From an uncultured Bacteroidota bacterium (GTDB taxonomy: Bacteria; Bacteroidota; Bacteroidia; Flavobacteriales; Flavobacteriaceae), in assembly GCA_902566635.1 (NCBI GenBank), contig CACFJP010000007.1, positions 3,061 to 67,060 on the forward strand: a stretch of 64,000 nt of DNA. Reading direction: 5' to 3'. The notes beneath the pieces are model-generated. The model saw only the letters and a list, made by a program, of their open reading frames with translations. It had not been told where the DNA came from and did no database searches. The translations under genes and the position numbers were made by a program. Below, one piece after another: positions 36,475 through 45,890 of this stretch (its first letter is position 1; each line of letters begins with the position of its first letter).

Positions 36475-37251
36475 TTAATTCTCTGACTTGGCCTCTTGCC
36501 ACAATTTCTCCCACTTATCAAGATCAAGTTGGCTCATATCGATTTGACGATCTGATATTTTTGACTCCATTTTCATAAAGCGTTTGCGAAATTTTTGGTT
36601 TGCGTTCGATAGAGCATCGTCTGGATTGATTCCCATAAATCTAGCATAGTTGACTAGCGAGAAAAGTAAATCTCCAAATTCATCTTTAGCTCGCTTTTGA
36701 TTTTTTTGATTAACTTCAAGATAAAACTCTCGTAGCTCTTCTTCAATTTTCTGAACTACTCCATTGATATGTTGCCAATCGAAGCCCACACCAGCAGCTT
36801 TTTCCTGCATTCGATATGCCTTTACCAAAGGAGGCAATGATGCTGGCACGCCACTCAAAACCCCTTTGTTATCCTCTTTAAGTTTGATTTTTTCCCAATT
36901 CTGCTTTACCTCCTCATCACTGTTTGCCTCAACATCTCCATAAACATGAGGATGACGCTCAATTAATTTATCACAAATACGATTGGCAACATCAGCGATG
37001 TCAAATGAAGATTGTTCGCTACCTATTTTAGCATAGAATACGACATGAAGAAGTAAATCTCCAAGTTCAGACTTGATCTCATCATGATCTCCACCCAATA
37101 GTGACTCACTCAATTCGTAGGTCTCTTCAATCGTTAAATATCGTAAACTCTCAAAGGTCTGTTTTCGATCCCATGGGCATTTTTCCCGAAGCTCATCCAT
37201 GATCGTTAATAAACGTTCGATCGCCTGTAATTGTTTATCGCGATTTGCCAT
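36475..37251 (-). CDS. mazG: Nucleoside triphosphate pyrophosphohydrolase MazG
   Basis: Two MazG repeats: CPWDRKQTFESLRYLTIEETYELSE...ELGDLLLHVVF, and EELREFYLE...EFGDLLFSLVNYARFMGINP. Confidence 0.85.
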   Translation of the reverse strand: MANRDKQLQAIERLLTIMDELREKCPWDRKQTFESLRYLTIEETYELSESLLGGDHDEIKSELGDLLLHVVFYAKIGSEQSSFDIADVANRICDKLIERHPHVYGDVEANSDEEVKQNWEKIKLKEDNKGVLSGVPASLPPLVKAYRMQEKAAGVGFDWQHINGVVQKIEEELREFYLEVNQKNQKRAKDEFGDLLFSLVNYARFMGINPDDALSNANQKFRKRFMKMESKISDRQIDMSQLDLDKWEKLWQEAKSEN

Positions 37252-37843
37252 TATTGTTTGGTTTCATTGTTTTTGCAAACTCCATTGGATAATCAATTTT
37301 TATATTGCCTTTTTCAATTTGAGTGAGTTTCGATTTTAAAATCTTTCGCTTAAAAGGGCTGAGCTTATCTGTAAATAGTTTGCCTTCGATATGATCATAC
37401 TCATGCTGTACCACACGTGAAGCCAAACCAGTGAGATGCAATTGATGATGATTAAAATCAAGGTCGTAGTACGAAATTGTAACTTCATCATCACGCGTCA
37501 CCTCACCCCGAATATCTGGGATACTCAAACATCCCTCATTAAAATCAATCAACTCTCCTCCAGATTCAATAACAGTTGGATTGACAAATACATGCTTAAA
37601 GTTTTCGATGATTTGCTTTTCAACTTCAGAAATTTCAGGATCGGCAGCAAAGGGTCTAGCATCGATAATAAACAGTCGTAGTGCAAGACCAACCTGAGGT
37701 GCTGCAAGACCTACGCCATTTGCGTTATACATGGTCTCCCACATATTGTCAGTCAATGCTTTGAGGTCAGGATAATTTGCATCTATCTCATCTGTTTTTT
37801 GACGAAGAATTGGATGGCCATAAGAATAGATTGGAAGAATCAT
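37235..37843 (-). CDS. def: Peptide deformylase
   Basis: GVGLAAPQVG, EGCLSIP, HEYDHIEG. Confidence 0.9.
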   Translation of the reverse strand: MILPIYSYGHPILRQKTDEIDANYPDLKALTDNMWETMYNANGVGLAAPQVGLALRLFIIDARPFAADPEISEVEKQIIENFKHVFVNPTVIESGGELIDFNEGCLSIPDIRGEVTRDDEVTISYYDLDFNHHQLHLTGLASRVVQHEYDHIEGKLFTDKLSPFKRKILKSKLTQIEKGNIKIDYPMEFAKTMKPNNNGKSR

Positions 37844-38265
37844 GATGTTTTGGTTTGCTGGTTCATCAAAAAGGACTGAAGCAACAAAGTAGCACTAACT
37901 TGATCAATGAGTTGTTTGTCTTTTCGGAATTGTTTTTTTGTGCTAGCCCTCGAGATTTCGTGTGAAGCAATTTTGGATGTAAATCTTTCGTCGTAGGTAT
38001 GGATTTGAAGTTTGGGAAACCACGACTTGCACTCTTCAATAAAACGCATAACTTCAGCCGATATTGAAGAAGGTTGATTGTGCAAACGTTTGGGCAGTCC
38101 AACAACAATGCCCTCAACAATCTCCTGCTTGAAATATTCTTTTAGGAAATCAAAGAGGTTTGCAGTGGAAATGGTATCGTGACCAAAGGCAAAGACTTTG
38201 TCCTTGTCAGTAACTGCGATTCCACATCTTTTTTTTCCGTAATCTATTGCTAATAATCTGCCCAT
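37840..38265 (-). CDS. ruvX: Holliday-junction-resolvase-like nuclease RuvX/YqgF
   Basis: MGRLLAIDYGKKRCGIAVTD start, VVGLPKRLHN, YDERFTS. Confidence 0.85.
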   Translation of the reverse strand: MGRLLAIDYGKKRCGIAVTDKDKVFAFGHDTISTANLFDFLKEYFKQEIVEGIVVGLPKRLHNQPSSISAEVMRFIEECKSWFPKLQIHTYDERFTSKIASHEISRASTKKQFRKDKQLIDQVSATLLLQSFLMNQQTKTS

Positions 38266-38270
38266 TGATG

Positions 38271-38278
38271 CAAAAATA
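38271..38278 (-). promoter_or_regulatory. -7 box TATTTTTG for the ruvX-def-mazG operon
   Basis: The plus strand reads CAAAAATA. Only 5 nt separate the box from the ATG at 38265, implying a leaderless or near-leaderless mRNA. Confidence 0.35.
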
Positions 38279-38329
38279 CACTTATTGTAACGATTTTGTG
38301 AACAGGTCTTTTTTTTGATAAAATGCAGT

Positions 38330-38337
38330 TATCTTTG
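38330..38337 (+). promoter_or_regulatory. -7 box TATCTTTG for dapD
   Basis: Exact TAnnTTTG match, 7 nt before the ATG at 38345. Confidence 0.35.
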
Positions 38338-38344
38338 AAAAAAA

Positions 38345-39166
38345 ATGCAAATGAGTGAACAGCGTACTATCATCGAGGAAGCATGGGAAAACCGTGCATT
38401 GTTAGAAGATAAAAATGTAAAGAGAACGATTAGTTCGATAATCGACCAGCTAGAAAAAGGGGATTTGCGTGTTGCCGAACCGACAGCAAATGGGTGGCAA
38501 GTTAACGAATGGGTAAAAAAAGCAGTCGTACTATATTTTCCGATTAAGGGGATGGAAACACTGAATTCGGGACCTTTGGAGTTTCATGACAAAATCCCAT
38601 TAAAAACAGGCTATAAAGAAAAAGGCGTTCGAGTAGTTCCTCATGCTGTCGCACGTCATGGTGCATATATTTCATCAGGTACGATTCTTATGCCGAGTTA
38701 TGTAAACATTGGAGCCTATGTCGATAAGGGAACAATGGTAGATACTTGGGCAACTGTTGGGAGTTGTGCGCAAATCGGCAAAAATGTTCACTTGAGTGGT
38801 GGCGTTGGAATTGGTGGTGTTTTAGAGCCTCTTCAGGCTGCTCCTGTGATCATTGAAGACAATGCCTTTGTCGGGTCACGATGTATTGTAGTTGAGGGGG
38901 TTCGAGTGGAAACAGAAGCTGTTTTGGGTGCCAATGTGGTGCTAACTGCATCGACAAAAATCATTGATATAACAGGTGAAAAACCTGTTGAAACCAAAGG
39001 AATTGTACCAGCTCGTTCAGTTGTGATTCCTGGGAGTTACACCAAGTCTTTTGCTGCAGGAGACTTTCAGGTGCCTTGTGCCCTCATCATTGGCAAGCGC
39101 AAAGAAAGTACTGATAAAAAGACATCTCTCAACGATGCGCTGCGAACCTATGATGTTTCAGCATAA
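38345..39166 (+). CDS. dapD: 2,3,4,5-tetrahydropyridine-2,6-dicarboxylate N-succinyltransferase
   Basis: 273 aa. N-terminal helical domain followed by left-handed beta-helix hexapeptide repeats (GAYVDKGTMVDTWATVGSCAQIGKNVHLSGGVGIGG...IIEDNAFVGSRCIVVEGVRV). Confidence 0.88.
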   Translation: MQMSEQRTIIEEAWENRALLEDKNVKRTISSIIDQLEKGDLRVAEPTANGWQVNEWVKKAVVLYFPIKGMETLNSGPLEFHDKIPLKTGYKEKGVRVVPHAVARHGAYISSGTILMPSYVNIGAYVDKGTMVDTWATVGSCAQIGKNVHLSGGVGIGGVLEPLQAAPVIIEDNAFVGSRCIVVEGVRVETEAVLGANVVLTASTKIIDITGEKPVETKGIVPARSVVIPGSYTKSFAAGDFQVPCALIIGKRKESTDKKTSLNDALRTYDVSA

Positions 39167-39180
39167 ACCATTGTAAATCA

Positions 39181-39188
39181 TACATTTG
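39181..39188 (+). promoter_or_regulatory. -7 box TACATTTG upstream of tsaC-like gene
   Basis: Exact TAnnTTTG match, 5 nt before the ATG at 39194. Confidence 0.3.
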
Positions 39189-39193
39189 GAGGT

Positions 39194-39748
39194 ATGACTC
39201 TTCAAAAAAGCCTTGCTGCACTTCACAATTCGGGGGTTATTCTCTTTCCTTCCGATACCGTTCTCGGTCTTGGCTGTGATGCAACAGATGAGGAGGCAGT
39301 TAAAAAGATTTTTTTGACTAAAAACAGAGAGCACAGCAAATCTCTTGTCGCCTTGGTTTCCGATTTTGAAATGCTAAATGAATATGTTGAATCGTTCCCC
39401 CAACAGGTATTTGACATCCTAGATAAGGCAAGTGTTCCTACGACAATTATTTATCCTAAAGCAAAACAGCTGGCTCCTATGGCAATGGCTGATGATGGGT
39501 CCATGGCCATTCGAATTCCAAAAAGTGGTTTTGCTCTTGATTTGGTAAAGTCCTTTGGTAGACCCATCATTGCTACCTCTGCAAATCTTAGTGGTGAACA
39601 AATCCCAGAAGAATCATCTAAAATAAGCAGTCGTATTTTGGAGCAAGTAGACTATGTTGTACCTTTGAAGTCAGGAAAATACCCTGTTACACCATCGAGA
39701 ATTATGAAGGTGACAAGTGATGGGGAAATCAAAACAGTTCGTCCTTGA
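39194..39748 (+). CDS. tsaC: L-threonylcarbamoyladenylate synthase (TsaC/YrdC/Sua5 family)
   Basis: [38 protein letters not shown]. Confidence 0.8.
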   Translation: MTLQKSLAALHNSGVILFPSDTVLGLGCDATDEEAVKKIFLTKNREHSKSLVALVSDFEMLNEYVESFPQQVFDILDKASVPTTIIYPKAKQLAPMAMADDGSMAIRIPKSGFALDLVKSFGRPIIATSANLSGEQIPEESSKISSRILEQVDYVVPLKSGKYPVTPSRIMKVTSDGEIKTVRP

Positions 39749-41187
39749 CTACAGATAAAAACTTACATCAAGCGTTTTCAGATCCCATATTTTCTGCGAT
39801 TGGAGAAATCGCTGAAAAAACGCAAACACGAGCGTTTGCCATTGGTGGATGTGTTCGAGACGCATTGTTGCAACGCAATTACACCAAAGACATTGATATC
39901 GTTTGTGAAAGCAGTGGTATTACGCTGGCAAAAGCAGTTGCTGACCAGCTTCCAAACGCAGGAAAACTTAGTTTCTATAAAAACTATGGAACTGCTATGA
40001 TTCGCGTTGGCGCATTTAAGCTTGAGTTTGTGGGTGCTAGAAAAGAAAGTTATAAAAGAAATAGTCGAAATCCAGTTGTGGAGATTGGTAGTTTGGCAGA
40101 TGATCAGAAGCGTAGGGACTTTACAGTCAATGCCTTAGCCTTTGCACTAAACCCCTCGGAATTTGGAACACTTATCGATCCTTTCAATGGGTTGGGTGAT
40201 TTGAAAAATAAAATACTGAAGACCCCAACAGCTGCTGCACAAACCTTCTCTGACGACCCTCTGAGGATGCTTCGCGCTGTTCGCTTTGCAAGTCAACTTG
40301 ACTTTACAATTGAGACGCAAACGATGAAGTCGATCGCAATTATGGCTGATCGAATCGAAATCCTATCTAAAGAACGAATAGTTGACGAAATTCATAAAAT
40401 ATTGATGACAGCAAAACCATCGACTGGGTTTTTGCTGCTAGACAAATTAGGATTACTCCAACGAATTCTTCCTGAGCTTTGTGCCTTGAAAGGAATTGAA
40501 GAAGTCGAAGGCCAACGCCACAAAGACAATTTTTATCACACCTTTGAAGTTGTTGATAACATCTGTGAAACCACTGATAATTTGTGGTTGCGTTGGGCAG
40601 CATTGCTACATGATATTGGAAAAGCACCCACCAAAAAGTTCAATCAGAAAGTCGGTTGGACTTTCCACGCTCATGAGTTTGTTGGTGCAAAAATGGTTTA
40701 CAAATTGTTCAAGCGATTAAAAATGCCGCTGAATGAGAAGATGAAATACGTACAAAAACTTGTATTTATGAGCTCGCGACCAATTGTCATATCGCAAGAC
40801 ATTGTAACTGATGCAGCAGTGCGCAGGCTGGTTTTTGACGCTGGAGAACTTACCGACGATCTATTGCTTTTGTGTGAAGCTGATATCACAACTAAAAACC
40901 CACGTCGATTTGAAAAATATCACAACAATTTCAAAATTGTTCGTCAAAAAATCGTTGATGTTGAAGAGCGAGATCGCATTCGAAATTTTCAACCTCCTGT
41001 TGATGGGGAATTTATTATGCAAGCATTTGGCGTAGGCCCTTGCCGAGAAATTGGATTGATCAAAGAGCATATAAAAGAAGCCATCCTTGATGGAGAGATC
41101 CCAAATGAGTTTGAAGCAGCACAAAAAATGATGCTGCAAAAGGCTCACGAGCTCGGATTGAAACCATTAAAAGAAACAGATGAATAA
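39745..41187 (+). CDS. tRNA nucleotidyltransferase (CCA-adding / poly(A) polymerase family) with HD domain
   Basis: [17 protein letters not shown] head domain, [24 protein letters not shown] block LLHDIGK. The TTG start overlaps the previous stop. Confidence 0.8.
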   Translation: MTTDKNLHQAFSDPIFSAIGEIAEKTQTRAFAIGGCVRDALLQRNYTKDIDIVCESSGITLAKAVADQLPNAGKLSFYKNYGTAMIRVGAFKLEFVGARKESYKRNSRNPVVEIGSLADDQKRRDFTVNALAFALNPSEFGTLIDPFNGLGDLKNKILKTPTAAAQTFSDDPLRMLRAVRFASQLDFTIETQTMKSIAIMADRIEILSKERIVDEIHKILMTAKPSTGFLLLDKLGLLQRILPELCALKGIEEVEGQRHKDNFYHTFEVVDNICETTDNLWLRWAALLHDIGKAPTKKFNQKVGWTFHAHEFVGAKMVYKLFKRLKMPLNEKMKYVQKLVFMSSRPIVISQDIVTDAAVRRLVFDAGELTDDLLLLCEADITTKNPRRFEKYHNNFKIVRQKIVDVEERDRIRNFQPPVDGEFIMQAFGVGPCREIGLIKEHIKEAILDGEIPNEFEAAQKMMLQKAHELGLKPLKETDE

Positions 41188-42208
41188 CCCTATATTTTCC
41201 TGGGCACAATGGGCCTTACTATCTGTTTATTTGGTAATCCTTGCAGGTGCAATTGTACGAATGACTGGCAGTGGCATGGGGTGTCCTGACTGGCCAAAAT
41301 GCTTTGGGTATCTCATCCCTCCCACTGAGCGGAGTCAACTGGACTGGAAACCTGAAAATACCTATGAGAAAGGAAATGTGATTATTTATGAAAACACATT
41401 ACAAGTCGCAACCAAAGACTTCAACAGTAGTACAACAATCGATTTAAGCAACTGGGAGATTTATGATAAACACGATTACACGACTTTTAATGCCACTCAC
41501 ACCTGGGTAGAGTTTATCAATCGATTACTCGGCGCAATTTCTGGTTTGATTGTGCTCGGTCTGTTTATTCGCAGTCTTTGGTGGATTAGAAGTACACCAA
41601 TACTAGCTGTTTTTTCATTTTTAACAGTTGTTGGTATGGGTATACAAGCCTGGCTGGGAAAAACTGTTGTTGACTCTAATCTACTGCCAAGTAAAATATC
41701 AATTCATATGATTATGGCACTCCTCATTGTCAGTGGATTGCTATTTATACTTGCGAAGAGTAATGCAAATCAAATTCAGCTCCCCTCCAAAAAATGTACA
41801 AACCTAATTATTGTCGCTTTTATTTTAACACTCTTTCAATTCGTACTGGGAGTTGATGTGCGACAATTTATCGACTATCAAATCAAACTAGCAGGGTATG
41901 ATGCTCCACAGCTATGGCTTAGTCTTCCAGAGATCTCATTTTATGTTCATCGCTCCTTATCGCTGGTTGTGGTGGCAGTCAGTATTATGATCTACAGGCA
42001 GGTAATGAAAGAAGGACTTAACAGAAAGTATATTCATTTTATTATTGGATGTATTATAGCAGAAATTGCACTTGGAATTTTAATGTATTATATTGATTTT
42101 CCATGGGGTACACAGCCACTTCATTTACTCATTGCAGTGTTATTATTTAGCGCCCAATTATATTGGTTGCTTCGCATAAAAATTAAACCAAATGATTTAT
42201 CGATTTAG
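41180..42208 (+). CDS. ctaA: Heme A synthase (COX15/CtaA family)
   Basis: Polytopic protein with the conserved [12 protein letters not shown] cysteine pair and His-bearing helices ([26 protein letters not shown]). Confidence 0.8.
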   Translation: MNNPIFSWAQWALLSVYLVILAGAIVRMTGSGMGCPDWPKCFGYLIPPTERSQLDWKPENTYEKGNVIIYENTLQVATKDFNSSTTIDLSNWEIYDKHDYTTFNATHTWVEFINRLLGAISGLIVLGLFIRSLWWIRSTPILAVFSFLTVVGMGIQAWLGKTVVDSNLLPSKISIHMIMALLIVSGLLFILAKSNANQIQLPSKKCTNLIIVAFILTLFQFVLGVDVRQFIDYQIKLAGYDAPQLWLSLPEISFYVHRSLSLVVVAVSIMIYRQVMKEGLNRKYIHFIIGCIIAEIALGILMYYIDFPWGTQPLHLLIAVLLFSAQLYWLLRIKIKPNDLSI

Positions 42209-42683
42209 AATTATTTTAGACGCCAAAGATGATATTTTCAGAGATGTAGAGCTGGAAAGCAATTCAACTTTTGAAGACTTACACAATACAATCATTCAGT
42301 CTTTTGGGATGAGTGGTCACGAAATGGCTACCTTTTATGTTACTGATGAAGAATGGAATCAAGGAGAAGCCATTACTTTAACCGACATGTTTGAAGAACC
42401 ATCAAAGTTAATGCATCAAACTGCCTTGTATGATGTTTTTACAGATGATCAAAAAACAGCACTTTACGTCTATGACTTTTTAAACATGTGGACCTTTTTT
42501 GTAACATGTGTCGAAGAGGCTGAATCCATCGCTGGTGTAAGCTACCCACAGCTTGTGTTTAGTCATGGTGTAGTCCCAGACCAGGCCCCACTAAAAACAT
42601 TTGAGCAGTCAGAGGAAGTACAGTCTGAAAATGACCAAGAGGGATGGGAAGATGAAAGCTATCAAGATGACCAATGGTATTAA
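42192..42683 (+). CDS. Small acidic protein, pRiA4b ORF-3-like domain (function unknown)
   Basis: The start [40 protein letters not shown] follows the YxLKVxL...WRxIxVP...TLxDLHxxIQxAMGW pattern of that family. The C-terminal tail is acidic. Confidence 0.45.
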   Translation: MIYRFRIILDAKDDIFRDVELESNSTFEDLHNTIIQSFGMSGHEMATFYVTDEEWNQGEAITLTDMFEEPSKLMHQTALYDVFTDDQKTALYVYDFLNMWTFFVTCVEEAESIAGVSYPQLVFSHGVVPDQAPLKTFEQSEEVQSENDQEGWEDESYQDDQWY

Positions 42684-43747
42684 TCGCTGCGAAGCATCTC
42701 GTGATTTTCGTAATTCCTTTTCACAAATTCAAAAGCTGCTCGTACAATTCCACCCATATTAAAACTGTTTTTGAAGTTTTTATCAGAGATATATGCATAG
42801 ATTTCAGACTTGAGTTGTTTCACATTCTCAAGCGTTGAGAGTTCATCTTTCAGCATACATTTCATCAGTTGTGTGAGACGAGTCTCTGTGCTCAAAATTC
42901 GTTTGGCGATAATCGCCCTTTCTTCAATTTTATATTGATCAATGGCATTTTTGTCCAAATGATTACGAACCAATTCAACCATTGGAAAATTTTCTTTAAA
43001 AAATTGGGGGCGATACACCTTCAACTTGGCTTCATAGGACTGCTGGTCAAAATCAATTGAACGTATTTTATAAACAACTTGATCAAAGTCATGGGTTGGC
43101 ACAATGACATAATTATAGGAGCGCATATCGCCCAAGAGACGAATCATACATCTTTCATTAAATTTTACAAACTGTTTGGCAATTTGACTCTTCTCGCTGT
43201 TGGAACACTTTGGTAGATAGTTTGAAATAAATTCATCGCCAGGAATTCCAGCAATATGTTCCTCTACCAAGGTATCCTCATGAACCAAAAAGTTAAGATT
43301 ATAAGGCGATAGCATGTGCTCAAACTCCAAACCATATGCACGTGAGGCATCTGCTTTTTTTACATAGAAATAAACAAAATTATCGTTTAAGATGTTTCTA
43401 ATTTTGATTCTAAATGGTTTAGAATTTCCAAAAGTGCAATAATCAATCGCATCAACATTTAAAAACCTTACGATTTCTGAACTTCCATCAGACAAAAGAA
43501 GGGAGTAAATACGTTTCAAATTGTCATCAATCTCATGGCGTTCACTGTCATTGTAAAAAACACGAACCCACAAGGTATCATTATCATTTTTGTCCATCAC
43601 TGAAACGGAACCAGAAAATCGCTCTAAGTCGTAATAGGAAATTGGAAAAGGAACAGTTCGGTTATAATGAGCTAAATAATCACCTAAAAAAGGGCTAATT
43701 GGATAGCTTGGTTTTTTTGTTGTAATTAATTTTTCGTTGGATGCCAT
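42680..43747 (-). CDS. Hypothetical protein with protein-kinase-like motif arrangement
   Basis: 355 aa from the ATG at 43747 (MASNEKL...). Ordered motifs: FVYFYVKKAD (beta3 Lys-like), YGLEFEHML (alphaC Glu-like), LVEEHIAG (hinge-like), LLGDMRSYNYVIV (HxDxxxxN-like catalytic loop), IRSIDFDQ (DFG-like). Confidence 0.55.
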   Translation of the reverse strand: MASNEKLITTKKPSYPISPFLGDYLAHYNRTVPFPISYYDLERFSGSVSVMDKNDNDTLWVRVFYNDSERHEIDDNLKRIYSLLLSDGSSEIVRFLNVDAIDYCTFGNSKPFRIKIRNILNDNFVYFYVKKADASRAYGLEFEHMLSPYNLNFLVHEDTLVEEHIAGIPGDEFISNYLPKCSNSEKSQIAKQFVKFNERCMIRLLGDMRSYNYVIVPTHDFDQVVYKIRSIDFDQQSYEAKLKVYRPQFFKENFPMVELVRNHLDKNAIDQYKIEERAIIAKRILSTETRLTQLMKCMLKDELSTLENVKQLKSEIYAYISDKNFKNSFNMGGIVRAAFEFVKRNYENHEMLRSD

Positions 43748-43751
43748 AGTG

Positions 43752-43759
43752 CAAAAGTA
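43752..43759 (-). promoter_or_regulatory. -7 box TACTTTTG for the kinase-like gene
   Basis: The plus strand reads CAAAAGTA. There are 4 nt between the box and the ATG at 43747. Confidence 0.3.
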
Positions 43760-43815
43760 ATGGCTTTTGCGCAATGTTAGGTACAACATCAATTGAGCAG
43801 TGCCTAAAATTATGG

Positions 43816-43823
43816 TATTTTTG
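43816..43823 (+). promoter_or_regulatory. -7 box TATTTTTG for uvrB
   Basis: Exact TAnnTTTG match, 6 nt before the ATG at 43830. Confidence 0.35.
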
Positions 43824-43829
43824 TGTGCT

Positions 43830-45812
43830 ATGAATTTTCATATTGTTTCCGATTTCAAGCCAACGGGCGATCAGCCAGAGGCAATTCAACAACTAACAAA
43901 GGGGTTGGAGAGCCGTGATAAATTTCAAACACTGATGGGTGTCACAGGGTCAGGAAAAACATTTACTGTTGCCAATGTGATAGAAAAAGTACAACGACCC
44001 ACCTTGGTGCTTGCGCACAATAAAACCCTTGCTGCTCAATTATACGCTGAGTTTAAGCAGTTTTTTCCAGAAAACGCTGTTGAATACTTTGTTTCCTATT
44101 ACGACTATTATCAGCCTGAGGCATACATCCCAACAACTGGAACTTATATTGAAAAAGACTTGTCGATTAACGAAGAAATTGAAAAGCTCAGACTAAGTAC
44201 AACCTCTTCCCTATTATCTGGTCGAAGAGATGTATTGGTGGTTGCATCAGTATCGTGCTTATATGGGATTGGAAACCCAATCGAATTTCGAAAAAATGTG
44301 ATTGGCGTCGAAGTGGGTCAAGTCATCGCTCGCACCGCGTTTTTACATCGACTGGTGCAAAGCTTATACTCTCGAACCACAGCTGATTTTCTTCATGGTA
44401 CCTTTCGCGTAAAGGGGGATATTATTGATATTTTTCCAAGCTATGCCGATCATGCGTTTAAAATTCACTTTTTTGGTGATGAAATCGAAGCCATTGAATG
44501 CTTTGAACCCATTTCAAATAACATCAAAGAAAAATTTGATAAACTCAGCATATACCCTGCAAATATGTTTGTCACATCGCCTGATGTGTTGCAAAATGCA
44601 ATTCATCAAATTCAAGATGATTTGGTTGCGCAAGTGGGTTACTTTAAAGAAGTCGGTAAGCACTTGGAAGCAACTAGATTGGAAGAGCGAACCAACTTTG
44701 ATTTAGAAATGATTCGGGAGTTGGGCTATTGCTCGGGGATCGAAAACTATTCGCGCTACATTGATGGTCGAGCGCCGGGCACACGTCCCTTTTGTCTTTT
44801 GGACTACTTTCCAGACGATTATCTTATGATTGTTGATGAAAGTCATGTCACTCTTTCACAAGTACATGCAATGTATGGAGGTGATCGAAGTCGGAAAGAA
44901 AACCTAGTCGAATATGGGTTTCGACTACCTGCTGCGATGGACAACCGACCATTGAAATACGAAGAATTTATGTCTCTTCAGAACCAAGTGATTTATGTGA
45001 GTGCAACTCCTGCTGATTACGAACTGGAACAGACAGAAGGGGTTTATGTGGAGCAAATCATTCGTCCTACAGGGCTTTTGGATCCAATCATTGAGGTTCG
45101 TCCAAGTCAAAATCAAATCGATGATTTGGTAGAGGAAATTCAGGCTCGTACAGAGACAGATGAACGCGTGTTGGTCACTACCCTAACGAAGCGGATGGCA
45201 GAGGAATTGACCAAATATCTATCTCGTATTTCGATCAGATGTCGTTATATCCACAGTGATATTGATACGCTAGAGCGTGTAGAAATCATGCAAGATTTAC
45301 GAAGAGGGTTGTTTGATGTTTTAATTGGTGTCAATTTACTTCGCGAGGGCTTAGACTTACCAGAAGTGTCTTTGGTAGCCATTATCGATGCAGATAAGGA
45401 AGGGTTTTTGCGTTCTGCTCGCTCGCTAACACAAACAGTTGGTCGAGCAGCAAGGCATTTGAATGGGAAAGCCATTATGTATGCTGATAAAATCACCAAA
45501 AGCATGCAAAAAACTATTGATGAAACCAATTATCGGCGAGAAAAACAACTTGCTTTTAACGAAAAACATGGCATCACCCCAACGCCATTGAATAAAGGTG
45601 TTGAAGGAGTTTTTGGATATTATACTGATAAGGAAGAACAAATTCAGCAATCAGCAGAGCCCGAATTGGAATATATGAGTGTAGATCAAATTCAGAAAAA
45701 AATTAGGGAAACAAAAAAAGCAATGGAAGTAGCTGCAAAAGATCTCGATTTTATCGAAGCAGCAAGACTTCGTGATCTGATGAAAAGTTTTCAAGATCAT
45801 TTGAAAGCTTAA
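43830..45812 (+). CDS. uvrB: Excinuclease ABC subunit B
   Basis: From the ATG at 43830 (MNFHIVSDFKPTGDQPEAI). Walker A GVTGSGKTFT, DESH box (IVDESHVT), helicase motif VI (QTVGRAARH) and C-terminal UVR domain (LDFIEAARLRDLM). Confidence 0.95.
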   Translation: MNFHIVSDFKPTGDQPEAIQQLTKGLESRDKFQTLMGVTGSGKTFTVANVIEKVQRPTLVLAHNKTLAAQLYAEFKQFFPENAVEYFVSYYDYYQPEAYIPTTGTYIEKDLSINEEIEKLRLSTTSSLLSGRRDVLVVASVSCLYGIGNPIEFRKNVIGVEVGQVIARTAFLHRLVQSLYSRTTADFLHGTFRVKGDIIDIFPSYADHAFKIHFFGDEIEAIECFEPISNNIKEKFDKLSIYPANMFVTSPDVLQNAIHQIQDDLVAQVGYFKEVGKHLEATRLEERTNFDLEMIRELGYCSGIENYSRYIDGRAPGTRPFCLLDYFPDDYLMIVDESHVTLSQVHAMYGGDRSRKENLVEYGFRLPAAMDNRPLKYEEFMSLQNQVIYVSATPADYELEQTEGVYVEQIIRPTGLLDPIIEVRPSQNQIDDLVEEIQARTETDERVLVTTLTKRMAEELTKYLSRISIRCRYIHSDIDTLERVEIMQDLRRGLFDVLIGVNLLREGLDLPEVSLVAIIDADKEGFLRSARSLTQTVGRAARHLNGKAIMYADKITKSMQKTIDETNYRREKQLAFNEKHGITPTPLNKGVEGVFGYYTDKEEQIQQSAEPELEYMSVDQIQKKIRETKKAMEVAAKDLDFIEAARLRDLMKSFQDHLKA

Positions 45813-45822
45813 AAGTGTAATC

Positions 45823-45830
45823 TATTTTTG
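45823..45830 (+). promoter_or_regulatory. -7 box TATTTTTG upstream of the interrupted bactofilin gene
   Basis: Exact TAnnTTTG match, 60 nt before the ATG at 45891. Confidence 0.25.
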
Positions 45831-45890
45831 TTGAAACAACGCTTCGCAAAATATATTATGTTTAATTCAATAAAACCAAATCTAATTCAA

